Positions 1 to 10,325 of a stretch of DNA of 64,000 nucleotides are shown here, piece after piece. The DNA comes from an uncultured Dehalococcoidia bacterium. Its GTDB lineage: Bacteria; Chloroflexota; Dehalococcoidia; Dehalococcoidales; Fen-1064. Position numbers and translations under genes: made by a program. The notes beneath the pieces were generated by a model, which was not told the origin of the DNA, searched no databases, and saw only the letters and a list, made by a program, of their open reading frames with translations. The stretch lies in NCBI GenBank assembly GCA_903916765.1, contig CAIWXV010000138.1, positions 14,453-78,452 on the forward strand, written 5' to 3'. Position 1 is the first letter of the stretch; every line of letters starts with the position of its first letter.

Positions 1-396
1 GATGGTGTCGGTCATGTGGGTGTTGGACTTGGTAAAGCAAACGAGGTGCCTGTAGCCATTAATAAAGCTAACGCCAACGCCCGTAAAAATTTGATTGCGG
101 TACCTCTGGCAGGTACTACTATTCCTCATGAAATAGAGTTGAAAATGGGGTCGGCAAGGATCTTACTGAAACCTGCGGCGCCAGGTACAGGTATCATTGC
201 CGGCGGCAGTATGCGGGTAGTGCTGGAATCATCAGGTGTCAAGGATATTCTTACCAAATCATTAGGTACTTCTAATAAGACTAACGTTGCTCGTGCTACT
301 GTTCTTGCCTTGAGCAGACTTAAGAATCCGGCTGAAGAAATTGCCAAGCGGAAATCTGCTGTTCAGCAGATCGGGGAGGTAAAGACCAGTGGCTAA
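1..396 (+). CDS. rpsE: 30S ribosomal protein S5 (5' end cut by window edge)
   Basis: Frame 1 is open from base 1. [15 protein letters not shown]...[18 protein letters not shown]...[15 protein letters not shown] is the S5 C-terminal domain. Located directly upstream of L30-L15-SecY. Confidence 0.9.
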   Translation, partial: DGVGHVGVGLGKANEVPVAINKANANARKNLIAVPLAGTTIPHEIELKMGSARILLKPAAPGTGIIAGGSMRVVLESSGVKDILTKSLGTSNKTNVARATVLALSRLKNPAEEIAKRKSAVQQIGEVKTSG

Positions 397-571
397 GTTA
401 TGTATTACCTTGGTGAAAAGTGGTATCGGTTATGAGGAAGATCAGAAAAGAACCCTTAAAGCTCTGGGTTTTCATCGATTGAATCAGAGTGTTATTCACG
501 ATGATTCCTTGCCAATAAGGGGAATGATTAATAAAGTAAGACATTTAGTTAAGGTGGAGGAAGCAAGTTGA
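389..571 (+). CDS. rpmD: 50S ribosomal protein L30
   Basis: GTG start overlaps the rpsE stop. 60 aa, [27 protein letters not shown] is L30-like. Sits at the spc-operon position. Confidence 0.85.
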   Translation: MAKLCITLVKSGIGYEEDQKRTLKALGFHRLNQSVIHDDSLPIRGMINKVRHLVKVEEAS

Positions 572-1020
572 TAAGACTGGATACACTTTCTCCTGCTCCC
601 GGCTCCAGAAAAGGTAAGAAAAGAGTTGGGCGTGGCGACGGAAGTAGAAAAGGTAGCTTCTCGGGGCGGGGTTGTAAGGGACAGAAAGCGCGTTCCGGGT
701 TTAGAATGAAACCCGGTTTTGAAGGCGGGCAATTACCTATTATCAAGAGATTGCCTAGCCAGAGAGGTTTTACTAATATCTTTAAAACCGAATATGATGT
801 GGTCAATGTCGGGCAGCTCAATGTTTTTGAAGCAGGCGCGGAAATTGACATTGTCAAGTTGATGACAGCCGGATTAGTGAAGACCGGCCAGAAACTCATT
901 AAAATACTCGGGGAAGGTGAAATAGACCGTCCCCTGACTGTGAAAGCAGAGAAGTTCTCTGCTACTGCCAAATCTAAAATTGAAGCGGCAGGTGGTAAAG
1001 TGGAGGAGGTCGGCATATGA
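568..1020 (+). CDS. rplO: 50S ribosomal protein L15
   Basis: TTG start. Gly/basic N-terminus [38 protein letters not shown] is typical of L15. Confidence 0.9.
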   Translation: MIRLDTLSPAPGSRKGKKRVGRGDGSRKGSFSGRGCKGQKARSGFRMKPGFEGGQLPIIKRLPSQRGFTNIFKTEYDVVNVGQLNVFEAGAEIDIVKLMTAGLVKTGQKLIKILGEGEIDRPLTVKAEKFSATAKSKIEAAGGKVEEVGI

Positions 1021-2336
1021 GGCCTCGGCAAGGTATGCCCAGGCTTTTTCAGGCAGTGATTGATGCCTTCCGCCTGCCGGATTTACGGCGGCGGCTATTG
1101 CTTACTTTCGGAATGTTAGTGGCATTCCGTTTCATTGCGCATATCCCACTACCCGGGGTTGACCCGGCGGCATTACAGAAATTATTCAGCAGTAATGCGA
1201 TGTTGGGCATGCTGGATATGTTTAGTGGCGGTGCTCTAAGAAACTTCAGTGTGGCGGCAATGGGTGTTTATCCATATATTACCGCTACCATCATATTGCA
1301 GTTGTTAACTCCGGTAATCCCTCGCTTGCAGTCGCTGAGCGAAGAAGGCGAATCAGGCAGAAATATGATTAATCGTATCAGCCACTGGATAACTATTCCC
1401 CTGGCTGGTATTTCCGGTTACGGACAAATTCTTCTGCTCCAGAGAAGCGGTGCAATTGCTGCGGTAGCGCCATTACAAATGACGTCGATGGTTATATCTT
1501 TGATTGCCGGTACAATTTTCCTTGTTTGGTTGGGTGAATTGATAACCGAATATGGCATTGGTAACGGCATCTCTATTCTAATCTTTGCCGGTATCGTTAC
1601 TGGTTATCCATCGATGGTTGGAAACCTCGGATTGGCTTTTAGTCAGAATTCTGCGGGTGTAATCGTTTTCGGGCTTATCTTGCTGGCGACGGTTGTAATG
1701 ATAGTTTTGTTCACTGAGGCACACCGCCGCATTCCTGTTCAGTATGCCCGGACATCCTTCCATGGTGGGCGTATGTATCGTCAAAGCGGGGGTACACATA
1801 TACCGTTGAGGGTGAATGCTGCAGGCATGATTCCTCTTATCTTTGCAATGTCGCTGGTTGTTTTCCCTGGAATGATAGCCAGTTACTTCGCTAATCCGAC
1901 AACCGCTGAACCTAATTTAGCGAACTGGATTTATAAGATTTTTAGTCCTGATACTTCATTACCGTTGGGGTCTGTCTACTGGATATTGTATTTCCTGCTT
2001 ACCATCGGTGCCTCTTTCTTCTACACGATGGTAATCTTCCAACAGCAGGATTTGCCCCGTACATTACAGAGACAAGGTGGGTTTATTCCCGGAATCAGAC
2101 CAGGGAAAAATACCGAGTCATATCTTAACGGCGTTATAAATCGTATTACGTTAGCAGGCTCTCTGTTTTTGGCAGTGGTTGCTATTGTTCCCTTCATCGC
2201 TCGCGGTGTGACTGATGTTCAGACTGTTCAACTGTCCAGCACTGGTTTAATCATTGTTGTGGGTGTTGTACTTGATACGATGAAGCAGATGGAAGCGCAG
2301 TTGACAATGCGTCGTTACGAAGGGTTTATTAAGTAG
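1017..2336 (+). CDS. secY: Preprotein translocase subunit SecY
   Basis: 439 aa polytopic membrane protein with FSGGALRNFSVAAMGVYPYITATIILQLL and WLGELITEYGIGNGISILIFAGI. ATGA overlap with rplO. Confidence 0.95.
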   Translation: MRPRQGMPRLFQAVIDAFRLPDLRRRLLLTFGMLVAFRFIAHIPLPGVDPAALQKLFSSNAMLGMLDMFSGGALRNFSVAAMGVYPYITATIILQLLTPVIPRLQSLSEEGESGRNMINRISHWITIPLAGISGYGQILLLQRSGAIAAVAPLQMTSMVISLIAGTIFLVWLGELITEYGIGNGISILIFAGIVTGYPSMVGNLGLAFSQNSAGVIVFGLILLATVVMIVLFTEAHRRIPVQYARTSFHGGRMYRQSGGTHIPLRVNAAGMIPLIFAMSLVVFPGMIASYFANPTTAEPNLANWIYKIFSPDTSLPLGSVYWILYFLLTIGASFFYTMVIFQQQDLPRTLQRQGGFIPGIRPGKNTESYLNGVINRITLAGSLFLAVVAIVPFIARGVTDVQTVQLSSTGLIIVVGVVLDTMKQMEAQLTMRRYEGFIK

Positions 2337-2347
2337 AGGCTTATTTT

Positions 2348-3010
2348 ATGTACGTTGTTTTTTTGGGAGCTCCTGGAGCAGGTAAAGGAACACAAGCCGC
2401 TGAAGTGGCAAAAGAGCTGAAATTGGCTCATATTGCTACTGGTGATATGTTTCGGGAAGCACAGAAAAAAGGAACCGAACTAGCACTGCAAGCCAAATCC
2501 TATATGGAGAGAGGCATACTGGTACCGGATGAGATAACTATTAAGATGGTGCTGGAGAGAATCTCTGCTCCGGATTGCAAGAACGGGGTCATCTTTGATG
2601 GTTTCCCGCGTAATCTGGCACAGGCTCAAGCTCTGGATAAAGCTATGGTAGGGTTGTCCAAAGCCATAGATAAAGTTGTGTATATTAAGGTTTCGGAAGA
2701 AGAATTACTGAAGAGACTCGGCGGGCGTTGGATTTGTCGGCAATGTCAAACGCCATACCATGAAGTTTCATCGCCGCCAAAAATTAAGGGTAAATGCGAT
2801 AAATGTGGTGGTGAACTATACCAGCGCTCCGATGATATACCGGCGACAATCAAAGAGAGGTTGAAGGTATTTTTTGCACAAACAGCTCCCTTAATTGATT
2901 ATTACAGCAAAACTGGTAAACTATTGGAGGTAGCGGGTGAGGGTGGTGTGGATGAAATTCGTCAGAGAATATTAAGTGCCATCGGGAAGAAGGGTGCCCG
3001 TCGGAGTTAA
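2348..3010 (+). CDS. adk: Adenylate kinase (zinc-lid type)
   Basis: P-loop GAPGAGKGTQA. LID carries CRQC...CDKC. Position after secY. Confidence 0.95.
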   Translation: MYVVFLGAPGAGKGTQAAEVAKELKLAHIATGDMFREAQKKGTELALQAKSYMERGILVPDEITIKMVLERISAPDCKNGVIFDGFPRNLAQAQALDKAMVGLSKAIDKVVYIKVSEEELLKRLGGRWICRQCQTPYHEVSSPPKIKGKCDKCGGELYQRSDDIPATIKERLKVFFAQTAPLIDYYSKTGKLLEVAGEGGVDEIRQRILSAIGKKGARRS

Positions 3011-3012
3011 TA

Positions 3013-3780
3013 ATGGGCATTATTATCAAATCCGATGGGGAAATAGAAGTAATGCGGGAGGCTGGCAGAATTACAGCCGAAGTATTGAAAAGGCTGGTTT
3101 CGCATGTGAAGCCGGGTATTCGTACTGAGGAATTAGATGTAATTGCAGAAAAAGAGGCAAGAGGACTCGGTGCAGTGCCCTCGTTCAAGGGGTATAGGGG
3201 CTATCCAGCGAGTCTGTGTGTCTCGGTTAATGATGAGATAGTACATGGGATTCCTGATAAGAGAATCCTGCAAAATGGGGATATAGTATCATTGGATTTC
3301 GGGGTTATTTATAAAGGATTTCAGGGGGACGTGGCGAGGACGGTGGCAGTGGGGAAAGCAAGCCTTTCGGCTTGCAAATTGATGGAGGTAACGGAGGAGG
3401 CATTAAAAGCGGGTATTGCGGCGGCGTGCGGCGGGTGCAGATTGGGTGATATTTCTGCTGCTGTCGAAGAGTATGCCGAGTCGCGTGGATACACGGTAGT
3501 CCGTGAATATACCGGGCACGGTATCGGCAGGAATATGCATGAGGACCCGCAGATACCGAATACTACGAAATCGGTGTTTGGTTTGATGAGAGGAACGGGG
3601 CCGGTTTTACGAAGAGGAATGACACTCGCAATCGAGCCGATGGTAAACATCGGGAGTTGGGAAACTAAAGTGGACGATAATGGGTGGACGGTACGTACCA
3701 GAGATGGTAGTCTGTCAGCCCATTTTGAAGATACAATTGCCATCACGGATGGCAAGCCTGAGGTGCTTACCAGTGCTTAG
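3013..3780 (+). CDS. map: Methionine aminopeptidase type I
   Basis: Metal-site contexts [21 protein letters not shown] and HFEDT. Follows adk. Confidence 0.95.
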   Translation: MGIIIKSDGEIEVMREAGRITAEVLKRLVSHVKPGIRTEELDVIAEKEARGLGAVPSFKGYRGYPASLCVSVNDEIVHGIPDKRILQNGDIVSLDFGVIYKGFQGDVARTVAVGKASLSACKLMEVTEEALKAGIAAACGGCRLGDISAAVEEYAESRGYTVVREYTGHGIGRNMHEDPQIPNTTKSVFGLMRGTGPVLRRGMTLAIEPMVNIGSWETKVDDNGWTVRTRDGSLSAHFEDTIAITDGKPEVLTSA

Positions 3781-3791
3781 TTAAGGAGCTT

Positions 3792-4010
3792 ATGTCAAAG
3801 AAAGAGACAATCGAGGTTGAAGGAGTGGTTGTGGAGTCTCTACCGAATGCGATGTTCCGGGTAGAACTGGCAAACGGTCATAAAGTATTGGCGCATATTT
3901 CAGGTAAAATGAGGGTAAATTATATTAGAATCTTACCGGGTGATAGAGTTTTGATAGAACTGTCTCCGTATGATTTATATCGGGGCAGAGTTACTTACCG
4001 GTTTAAGTAA
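3792..4010 (+). CDS. infA: Translation initiation factor IF-1
   Basis: 72 aa. [35 protein letters not shown] is the IF-1 S1-like fold. Confidence 0.95.
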   Translation: MSKKETIEVEGVVVESLPNAMFRVELANGHKVLAHISGKMRVNYIRILPGDRVLIELSPYDLYRGRVTYRFK

Positions 4011-4020
4011 GAGGAAAAAG

Positions 4021-4134
4021 ATGAAAGTCGGATCTTCAGTAAAACCAAGATGTGAAAAATGCAAGGTAATCAGGCGGCGGGGTGTGGTCAGAGTTATTTG
4101 TACCCGTGCCAAGCATAAGCAGAGACAGGGCTAG
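4021..4134 (+). CDS. rpmJ: 50S ribosomal protein L36
   Basis: Absent from the supplied ORF track (37 aa). ATG 4021 follows [47 protein letters not shown] has the C-x2-C...C-x4-H zinc motif. Canonical infA-rpmJ-rpsM order. Confidence 0.9.
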   Translation: MKVGSSVKPRCEKCKVIRRRGVVRVICTRAKHKQRQG

Positions 4135-4150
4135 TTTTGGAGGAATAAAA

Positions 4151-4540
4151 ATGCCGCGTATTGCAGGTGTGGATATACCTAAGGGAAAACAAATCGGGAT
4201 TTCGTTACAATACCTTCATGGTATTGGATCGGCGTTGAGCCAGAAAATCCTAACACAGGTCGGTGTCAGTCCTGAAGTGAAGGCTGATGAACTCACGGAG
4301 GGTGAAGTTAACAAAATCCGTGAGCTTATTGATAAAGAGTACACAGTAGAGGGTGAACTTCGTAAAGAGGTGAACCTGAATGTTAAACGGCTTATGGAAA
4401 TTGGTAGCTACCGGGGTACACGGCATCGCCGTAATCTGCCATGCAGAGGACAGCGGACTCGTACCAATGCTCGAACGCAACGTGGTGCTAAGAAGACAGT
4501 TGCCGGTAGAGGTAAGAAGCGCGGCGCTACCAAGAAGTAA
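4151..4540 (+). CDS. rpsM: 30S ribosomal protein S13
   Basis: ATG 4151 gives the canonical [15 protein letters not shown]-terminus. The track start at 4082 would overlap rpmJ and adds non-homologous residues. Confidence 0.92.
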   Translation: MPRIAGVDIPKGKQIGISLQYLHGIGSALSQKILTQVGVSPEVKADELTEGEVNKIRELIDKEYTVEGELRKEVNLNVKRLMEIGSYRGTRHRRNLPCRGQRTRTNARTQRGAKKTVAGRGKKRGATKK

Positions 4541-4565
4541 ATGGTAGATCTAATGGGAGGAAAGA

Positions 4566-4958
4566 ATGCCAGCAGGTAAAAAGGGCAAAGCAAAGAGGAA
4601 AGAACGTAAGGTAATACCTTCGGGGCGTGCCTTTATACAATCTAGTTTCAATAATACTATCGTAACTATTACCGACCCTGAAGGGAATGTACTTTCCTGG
4701 GGTAGTTCTGGAACCGCAGGGTTCAAGGGCTCGAGAAAGGGTACTCCTTATGCCGCACAATTGGCGGCTCAGGATGCGGTAAAGAAGGCATCAACCTATG
4801 GTTTACGCCAGGTAGAAGTTTTTGTTAAAGGTCCGGGAAGTGGTCGTGAGGCAGCCATTCGAGCGCTTCAGAGTTCCGGGTTGACGATTTCCAGTATTCA
4901 GGATATAACTCCTATACCGCATAATGGTTGTCGTCCTCCTAAGAGAAGAAGGGTGTAA
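4566..4958 (+). CDS. rpsK: 30S ribosomal protein S11
   Basis: [44 protein letters not shown] is the S11 signature. Confidence 0.95.
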   Translation: MPAGKKGKAKRKERKVIPSGRAFIQSSFNNTIVTITDPEGNVLSWGSSGTAGFKGSRKGTPYAAQLAAQDAVKKASTYGLRQVEVFVKGPGSGREAAIRALQSSGLTISSIQDITPIPHNGCRPPKRRRV

Positions 4959-4969
4959 GGATAGAGAAT

Positions 4970-5596
4970 ATGGCAAGGTATCTAGAAGCAAAGTGTCAGT
5001 TATGCCGCCGGTGCGGTGACAAATTAATGCTCAAAGGGAATCGGTGTTTAACGCCCAAGTGTGTTATGGAACGGAAGCACAAGACTGTTGTTTCCAGCCG
5101 GGGGCGGAGAAAGCGTATTTCTGAGCACGGCGTACAGCTGATTGAGAAACAGAAAGCCCGCTATACCTATGGCTTGTTTGAGAGACAATTCAAACGCTTT
5201 TATGCTGAGTCGGCAAGACAGCCTGGTATTACTGGTGATAATCTCAAGGTAATGCTGGAAAGACGACTGGACAATGTTGCTTATCGTCTTGGATTTGCGG
5301 ACTCTCGTGCTCAAGCACGTCAATTGGTTCTTCATGGCCATATTATGGTCAATGGTCATCGGGTAAATGTCCCTTCTTGTTTGATTAATGAAGGTGATAC
5401 AGTAGCTTGTAGAGAAGCGAGTATCAAGAGGGAGTATTTCAAGAAGTTGGCTGAGGAAATCAAATCGAAGACCATTCCTAGCTGGCTGATACTCGATAGG
5501 GAAAAACTCGTTGGACAGGTGGTGGCAATGCCTATCCCCGATGAAACAATTGCCAAATTTGATGGTAAGAGCATCGTTGAGTACTACTCGCGGTAA
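4970..5596 (+). CDS. rpsD: 30S ribosomal protein S4
   Basis: MARYLEAKCQLCRRCGDKLMLKGNRC zinc-ribbon N-terminus plus an S4 RNA-binding domain. Alpha-operon order. Confidence 0.95.
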   Translation: MARYLEAKCQLCRRCGDKLMLKGNRCLTPKCVMERKHKTVVSSRGRRKRISEHGVQLIEKQKARYTYGLFERQFKRFYAESARQPGITGDNLKVMLERRLDNVAYRLGFADSRAQARQLVLHGHIMVNGHRVNVPSCLINEGDTVACREASIKREYFKKLAEEIKSKTIPSWLILDREKLVGQVVAMPIPDETIAKFDGKSIVEYYSR

Positions 5597-5602
5597 GGAG
5601 GT

Positions 5603-6607
5603 ATGGAATTGACTCTGTCGGTAGTACCTAAAATACAGGTTGTTGAAACAAAAGAGAATTTTGCACGATTCGTCATCGAACCGTTAGAGAAAGGTTTTGG
5701 TATTACTCTGGGGAATTCTCTACGGCGTGTTATGCTGGGGCATTTGCCCGGAGCAGCGATAACTCATGTTAAAATTGACGGCATTCAGCATGAATTTTCA
5801 CCCATTCCTAATGTCAAGGAGGATGTGATTGAATTCCTGCTCAATGTTAAGGCAATCAGATTGAGGCCGCTCTCTAATGCTACATCCGGTAAACTGATTT
5901 TGGATGTGGCGAATGAGGGGCGAGTCACTGCCGCTGATATTAAGCCATCGGCTGACTTTGAGGTTACCAATCCGGAATTATACCTGGCGACCCTGAATGC
6001 TCCGGATACCAGATTCTATGTGGAATTCGATGTTGAGATTGGCAGCGGCTTTAAACAAGCCGAAGTTGCCGATAATCTGTCGGTAGGCGTTATTCCGGTG
6101 GATGCTATCTTCACTCCGATACGTAAGGTAAATTATCTTACCGAACCGGTTCACGTCGGTAGAGAGACCGGATTGGAACGGCTGTATCTTGAGGCTTGGA
6201 CTGACGGAACAATAGAGCCGAATGATGCGCTGAATCAGAGCGCCAGAATGTTGGCTGAGTTGCTTGTCCCCTTTGCCGATTTCGGTAAAGAAACAGAGAC
6301 ATTGCCGGAGAAAGAGGCTATCGATTTATCCATTCCCGAAGAACTATACAATATGCCGGTAGAGCAGTTGAATCTTTCCGTACGCACGATGAACTGCTTG
6401 CGTCGCGGCAATATTCAGACAGTCGGCGAGATCGTAAAGAAGGGTGAGAAGGGATTGATGACCCTGCGTAACTGTGGGGTGAAGTCTCTTCAGGAACTTA
6501 GAGAGCGACTGGGAGAGTTAGGTTTATCATTGACACCGGCAGATGATAACAAAGCCGGCGATAAAGAAACTGAAGAAGAGAACACCTCTGGATCGGGAGA
6601 TAAGTAA
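5603..6607 (+). CDS. rpoA: DNA-directed RNA polymerase alpha subunit
   Basis: [24 protein letters not shown] in the NTD and [22 protein letters not shown] in the CTD (HhH). Confidence 0.95.
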   Translation: MELTLSVVPKIQVVETKENFARFVIEPLEKGFGITLGNSLRRVMLGHLPGAAITHVKIDGIQHEFSPIPNVKEDVIEFLLNVKAIRLRPLSNATSGKLILDVANEGRVTAADIKPSADFEVTNPELYLATLNAPDTRFYVEFDVEIGSGFKQAEVADNLSVGVIPVDAIFTPIRKVNYLTEPVHVGRETGLERLYLEAWTDGTIEPNDALNQSARMLAELLVPFADFGKETETLPEKEAIDLSIPEELYNMPVEQLNLSVRTMNCLRRGNIQTVGEIVKKGEKGLMTLRNCGVKSLQELRERLGELGLSLTPADDNKAGDKETEEENTSGSGDK

Positions 6608-6633
6608 AATTACAATGGGTGCAGGTGAATGTT

Positions 6634-6993
6634 ATGGCACGTAAATTGCAAATGCACGGTAGAAGACTAACAAGGTCTTCAGGATATAGAAAAGCGCTGT
6701 ATCGCAATCTGGTAACAGACCTTCTGGGTTATGAAAAGGTTACCACTACCGAAGCCAAAGCGAAAGAAATACGTGGCTTGGCGGAGAAGATGATTACGTT
6801 AGGCAAGAAAGGTGACCTTCACGCTCGTCGTGAGGCTTTAGCTTTCATTTATAGCAAGAAAATTGCCGACAAAGTCTTCGATGAACTTGCTACACGGTAT
6901 GCCGAGCGCAAGGGCGGCTATACCCGGATCATTAAATTGGGTTCGAGACTAGGCGATGGCGCTCCTATTGTTCAACTTGAGTTGGTGAAATAA
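6634..6993 (+). CDS. rplQ: 50S ribosomal protein L17
   Basis: [30 protein letters not shown] and [28 protein letters not shown] 6634 preferred over the upstream in-frame GTG 6619. Confidence 0.9.
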   Translation: MARKLQMHGRRLTRSSGYRKALYRNLVTDLLGYEKVTTTEAKAKEIRGLAEKMITLGKKGDLHARREALAFIYSKKIADKVFDELATRYAERKGGYTRIIKLGSRLGDGAPIVQLELVK

Positions 6994-7805
6994 TGGTATT
7001 GACACTGACTGCTCCCGAAATAGGGCAGAGTCAAAAGACTGGCACTCGTTTGGTGCTGGTACTGGAGTACGACGGAACAAATTATTTCGGTTTCCAGTGG
7101 CAGGCAAATGCGCCTACTATTCAGAGTGAGTTGGAAAAGGCTCTGGAGAAACTCACCGGAGAAAAAATACGGGTGGTGGCTGCCAGCCGTACTGATACCG
7201 GAGTTCACGCTCGTGGGCAGGTGGTCAGTTTCAAAACAGACTCCTCTCTCCTTGCGGAAGCATTTGTTCACGGATTGAATTATCATCTGCCCGATGATAT
7301 TGCCGTAAAGTCAGCTTATCGGGTTAGAGATTATTTTATGGTACGGAGCATGGCAATCAGCCGGGAGTACAATTACTTTATTTTAAATAGTCAGACACGC
7401 TCCCCAATGACTACAAGATTTGCCCATCGCGTCATCGGCGAGCTTGATGTTGAAGCAATGAATAAGGCAAGTCAAACCTTGGTTGGTATACATGACTTTG
7501 CTTCTTTTGCTAGTGACATAAGTGCTGAACTTGAGAAAAGCACTATTCGTCGTGTTTATCGGGCGGAAATGAAACGTGATGGGGAGCTGATTGTCTTCAA
7601 TGTCGTAGCTAATGCGTTTTTACGGCATCAGATACGCAGTACTGTCGGTGCTCTGGTTCAGATAGGGCTGAACAGGATGAGCGAAGCTGAATTTATTAAC
7701 ATACTTGAGTCGAAGAAACCCGGACGGGCAGGTCCTACTTTGCCGTCGTGCGGTTTATGCTTGGTACGGGTGAATTACCCCTGTGCATTTGAGGAAATGA
7801 GATAA
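6993..7805 (+). CDS. truA: tRNA pseudouridine(38-40) synthase
   Basis: YDGTNYFGFQWQ and catalytic-Asp motif ASRTDTGVHARGQV. TAATG overlap with rplQ. Confidence 0.9.
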   Translation: MVLTLTAPEIGQSQKTGTRLVLVLEYDGTNYFGFQWQANAPTIQSELEKALEKLTGEKIRVVAASRTDTGVHARGQVVSFKTDSSLLAEAFVHGLNYHLPDDIAVKSAYRVRDYFMVRSMAISREYNYFILNSQTRSPMTTRFAHRVIGELDVEAMNKASQTLVGIHDFASFASDISAELEKSTIRRVYRAEMKRDGELIVFNVVANAFLRHQIRSTVGALVQIGLNRMSEAEFINILESKKPGRAGPTLPSCGLCLVRVNYPCAFEEMR

Positions 7806-8248
7806 TGAAAACATGTAGTGTCAAAGCTAGCGATATTAAACGAGAGTGGCATACGGTCGATGCTTCGGAAGAGATTCTGGGCAGACTGGCTACTCGTGTG
7901 GCGAATTTACTGATGGGTAAACACAAGCCATTGTTCTCTCGTAATGCGGACGTCGGCGATTTTGTCGTGGTTACTAATGCTGCTAAAATCCAGGTTACGG
8001 GTAACAAACTGGCGCAGCATCTCTATCATAGCCATTCGGGTTATCCCGGCGGGTTTAGAACTGTAACCATGGATAAAATGATGGAAACCCATCCGGAAAG
8101 AGTCATCGAGCATGCTGTTAAGGGAATGTTGCCTAAGAATCGGCTGACTGCTAAAATGATGAAGCGGTTGAGGGTCTATACCGGTGAGGCTCGCTTATCG
8201 GTGGGTCAGTCGAAGAAAGTTAAAGCAGAAGCTGAACCGAAGAGTTAA
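7805..8248 (+). CDS. rplM: 50S ribosomal protein L13
   Basis: EWHTVDASEEILGRLATRVANLLMGKHKP is L13-like. 1-nt overlap with the truA stop. Confidence 0.95.
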   Translation: MKTCSVKASDIKREWHTVDASEEILGRLATRVANLLMGKHKPLFSRNADVGDFVVVTNAAKIQVTGNKLAQHLYHSHSGYPGGFRTVTMDKMMETHPERVIEHAVKGMLPKNRLTAKMMKRLRVYTGEARLSVGQSKKVKAEAEPKS

Positions 8249-8291
8249 ATTAGAAAAAATAGAGTGTCTTAAGAGATAAAGGGAGGTTTCC

Positions 8292-8687
8292 TTGGAGGAA
8301 CAGGCTTATTTTTACGGGACTGGAAGACGCAAGACGGCAGTAGCCCGTGTCAAGATAATGCCGGGTAGAGGGACGATTGTCATCAATGGCGTTCCTTATG
8401 AGGAGTTATTGTCTCGTACGGAACTGAGACAAATGGTGATTAAACCACTGGTTGTTACTGAGACTCTCAGTAAATACAATGTGGTGGTTAAAACAGAGGG
8501 TGGCGGCATTGCTGGACAAGCAGGGGCTATTTCACATGGAATCGCGCGTGCTTTAGTGAAAGCTAACCCTGATAACAGGCTCAAATTGAAGAGAAACGGA
8601 CTTCTGACTCGTGACCCGCGTGCTAAGGAGAGAAAGAAAGCCGGTTTGAGAAAGGCACGCAAAGCGCCTCAGTACACCAAGCGTTAA
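8292..8687 (+). CDS. rpsI: 30S ribosomal protein S9
   Basis: TTG start. YGTGRRKTAVARV and the C-terminal LTRDPRAKERKKAGLRKARKAPQYTKR. Confidence 0.95.
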   Translation: MEEQAYFYGTGRRKTAVARVKIMPGRGTIVINGVPYEELLSRTELRQMVIKPLVVTETLSKYNVVVKTEGGGIAGQAGAISHGIARALVKANPDNRLKLKRNGLLTRDPRAKERKKAGLRKARKAPQYTKR

Positions 8688-8713
8688 AAACAGGTTCTTC
8701 CCTGTGTTTATTA

Positions 8714-8748
8714 CAGCCTCACCTTTGCGGGTGAGGCTGTTGTGTTTT
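8714..8748 (+). terminator. Rho-independent terminator after rpsI
   Basis: cagcctcacc / tttgcg / ggtgaggctg is a 10-bp perfect stem, followed by ttgtgtttt. Confidence 0.8.
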
Positions 8749-8796
8749 AGGCGGGTGAAAACAATCGGTGATAATATTATTCAGGGCTGGTGAAAG

Positions 8797-9452
8797 TTGA
8801 AGGACAAAAAATTAATCGATATTTACTATCGGCTTTTTGAGCGATACGGGCCTCAACATTGGTGGCCCGCCGATAATCATTTTGAAGTTATGGCGGGAGC
8901 TATTCTGACACAATCGACTGCCTGGAAAAATGTCGAAAAATCGACCTCCAATCTAAAAAAAGCTCGCGTGATGTCGCCGTTGACTTTGCGACGGATACCT
9001 ATTGATGAACTGGCAAGACTGATTCATCCCAGCGGTTATTACAATGCTAAATCCGCTAAACTCAAGGCATTGGTCAATTGGTTGGCTGATACCTGTGAAG
9101 ATAACCTCGATAAGCTATTTGCTCAAGATGCGGACATCCTCCGCGAACAACTTTTAGATGTCCATGGGATTGGGCCTGAAACTGCCGATTCCATCCTGCT
9201 TTATGCGGTAAATAAACCGGTTTTTGTATCGATGCTTATACCCGCCGTATTATCAATCGTATCGGTTTATCACCGAGAAAGGATACTTATGATGCTTACC
9301 AATCACTTTTTATAAAAAAGCTGCCGCGGGAAACGCAACTTTTCAATGAATATCATGCGTTACTGGTTTGTCTGGGGAAGGAGGTTTGCCGCAAGCAACC
9401 TCTTTGCGAAAAGTGTTGCCTTTTTGAAATCTGTTACTATAACAAAGGATAA
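8797..9452 (+). pseudogene. Endonuclease III-related HhH-GPD glycosylase (COG2231-like), interrupted by a 1-nt frameshift
   Basis: Frame 1 (8797-9228) reads ...LLDVHGIGPETADSILLYAVNKPVFV and then a non-homologous tail. Frame 3 from 9228 reads IDAYTRRIINRIGL...LFNEYHALLVCLGKEVCRKQPLCEKCCLFEICYYNKG* (stop 9450-9452). The shift must lie in 9216-9228, which includes the T5 run 9221-9225. Confidence 0.75.
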
Positions 9453-9562
9453 CATCGTCATAAAAGCGTAATATTTTGCTTGTTTGTGTAACGACATCCT
9501 TCTTGATTTCGATGCCTGAGTTAGTTAATATTAGTTTGACTTAAATTGGATTTGAGTGAGCT

Positions 9563-10309
9563 ATGGCAAAACCATTAGTTATCGTAAAGAAAAGCGAGCA
9601 TATCGCCAATATTACTCTCAATCATCCCGATACTGGTAATATCGTTAACCTGTGCCTGGGACAGGAATTGGAAGAAATCTGCCGGCAAATCAACCAGGAC
9701 GACGATATCAATGTCGTGACAATCACTGGGGTCGGCAACATTTTCTGTGTCGGAAGCGAATCGGAGAAGAAACAATCTCAACAGTTTGGGCTTGCGCTCT
9801 CCGTGTCAAAGATTGAGAAGCCAGTCATTGCTGTAATCAACGGTGATGCCCTGGGACAGGGCTTGGAATTGGCATTGGCGTGTGATGTCAGGATTGCCAC
9901 GCAAGAGGCGCATTTTGGCTTTCCTAGCGTGTCAGAAGGGTTGATTCCCACCGATGGAGGGACACAGCGACTGCCTCGCATTGTCGGTAAGGGTAAGGCA
10001 CTGGAGTTAATCTTCACCGGAGACATTATTGAGGCGGCGGAAGCTTTAAAAATCGGGTTGGTGAGTAAAGTAGTCCCTTCACAGTTTCTGCCTGCCGAAG
10101 CCGAGACGCTGGCGAAATTGATGGCGAGTAAAGCCCCCATCGCACTGAGGTATATTAAAGAGGCGATCAATAATGGGCTCGATTTGACGATGGAGCAAGG
10201 TCTACGTCTGGAGGCTGACCTTTATTTCCTCTTACATACTACTGACGATAGAACGGAAGGTATCCGTTCTTTTTTGCAGAAAAGAACTCCGGGATTTAAA
10301 GGCAAGTAG
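9563..10309 (+). CDS. Enoyl-CoA hydratase/isomerase (crotonase) family protein, divergent oxyanion motif
   Basis: Crotonase fold motifs GDALGQGLELALACDVRIAT and SEGLIPTDGGTQRLPRIVG. The first oxyanion segment reads FCVGSE instead of the usual F-x-AG-x-D. Confidence 0.8.
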   Translation: MAKPLVIVKKSEHIANITLNHPDTGNIVNLCLGQELEEICRQINQDDDINVVTITGVGNIFCVGSESEKKQSQQFGLALSVSKIEKPVIAVINGDALGQGLELALACDVRIATQEAHFGFPSVSEGLIPTDGGTQRLPRIVGKGKALELIFTGDIIEAAEALKIGLVSKVVPSQFLPAEAETLAKLMASKAPIALRYIKEAINNGLDLTMEQGLRLEADLYFLLHTTDDRTEGIRSFLQKRTPGFKGK

Positions 10310-10325
10310 GGTTTTTGAGATTGAA

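Noticed and set aside
549-1031. 160-aa ORF antisense to rpmD/rplO
   Set aside because: It lies fully inside well-conserved ribosomal protein genes on the other strand and has a low-complexity Pro/Ser-rich translation, so it is a shadow ORF.
4082-4150. Upstream extension of rpsM given in the ORF track
   Set aside because: It would overlap rpmJ (4021-4134) and prepend non-homologous residues. ATG 4151 gives the canonical S13 N-terminus.
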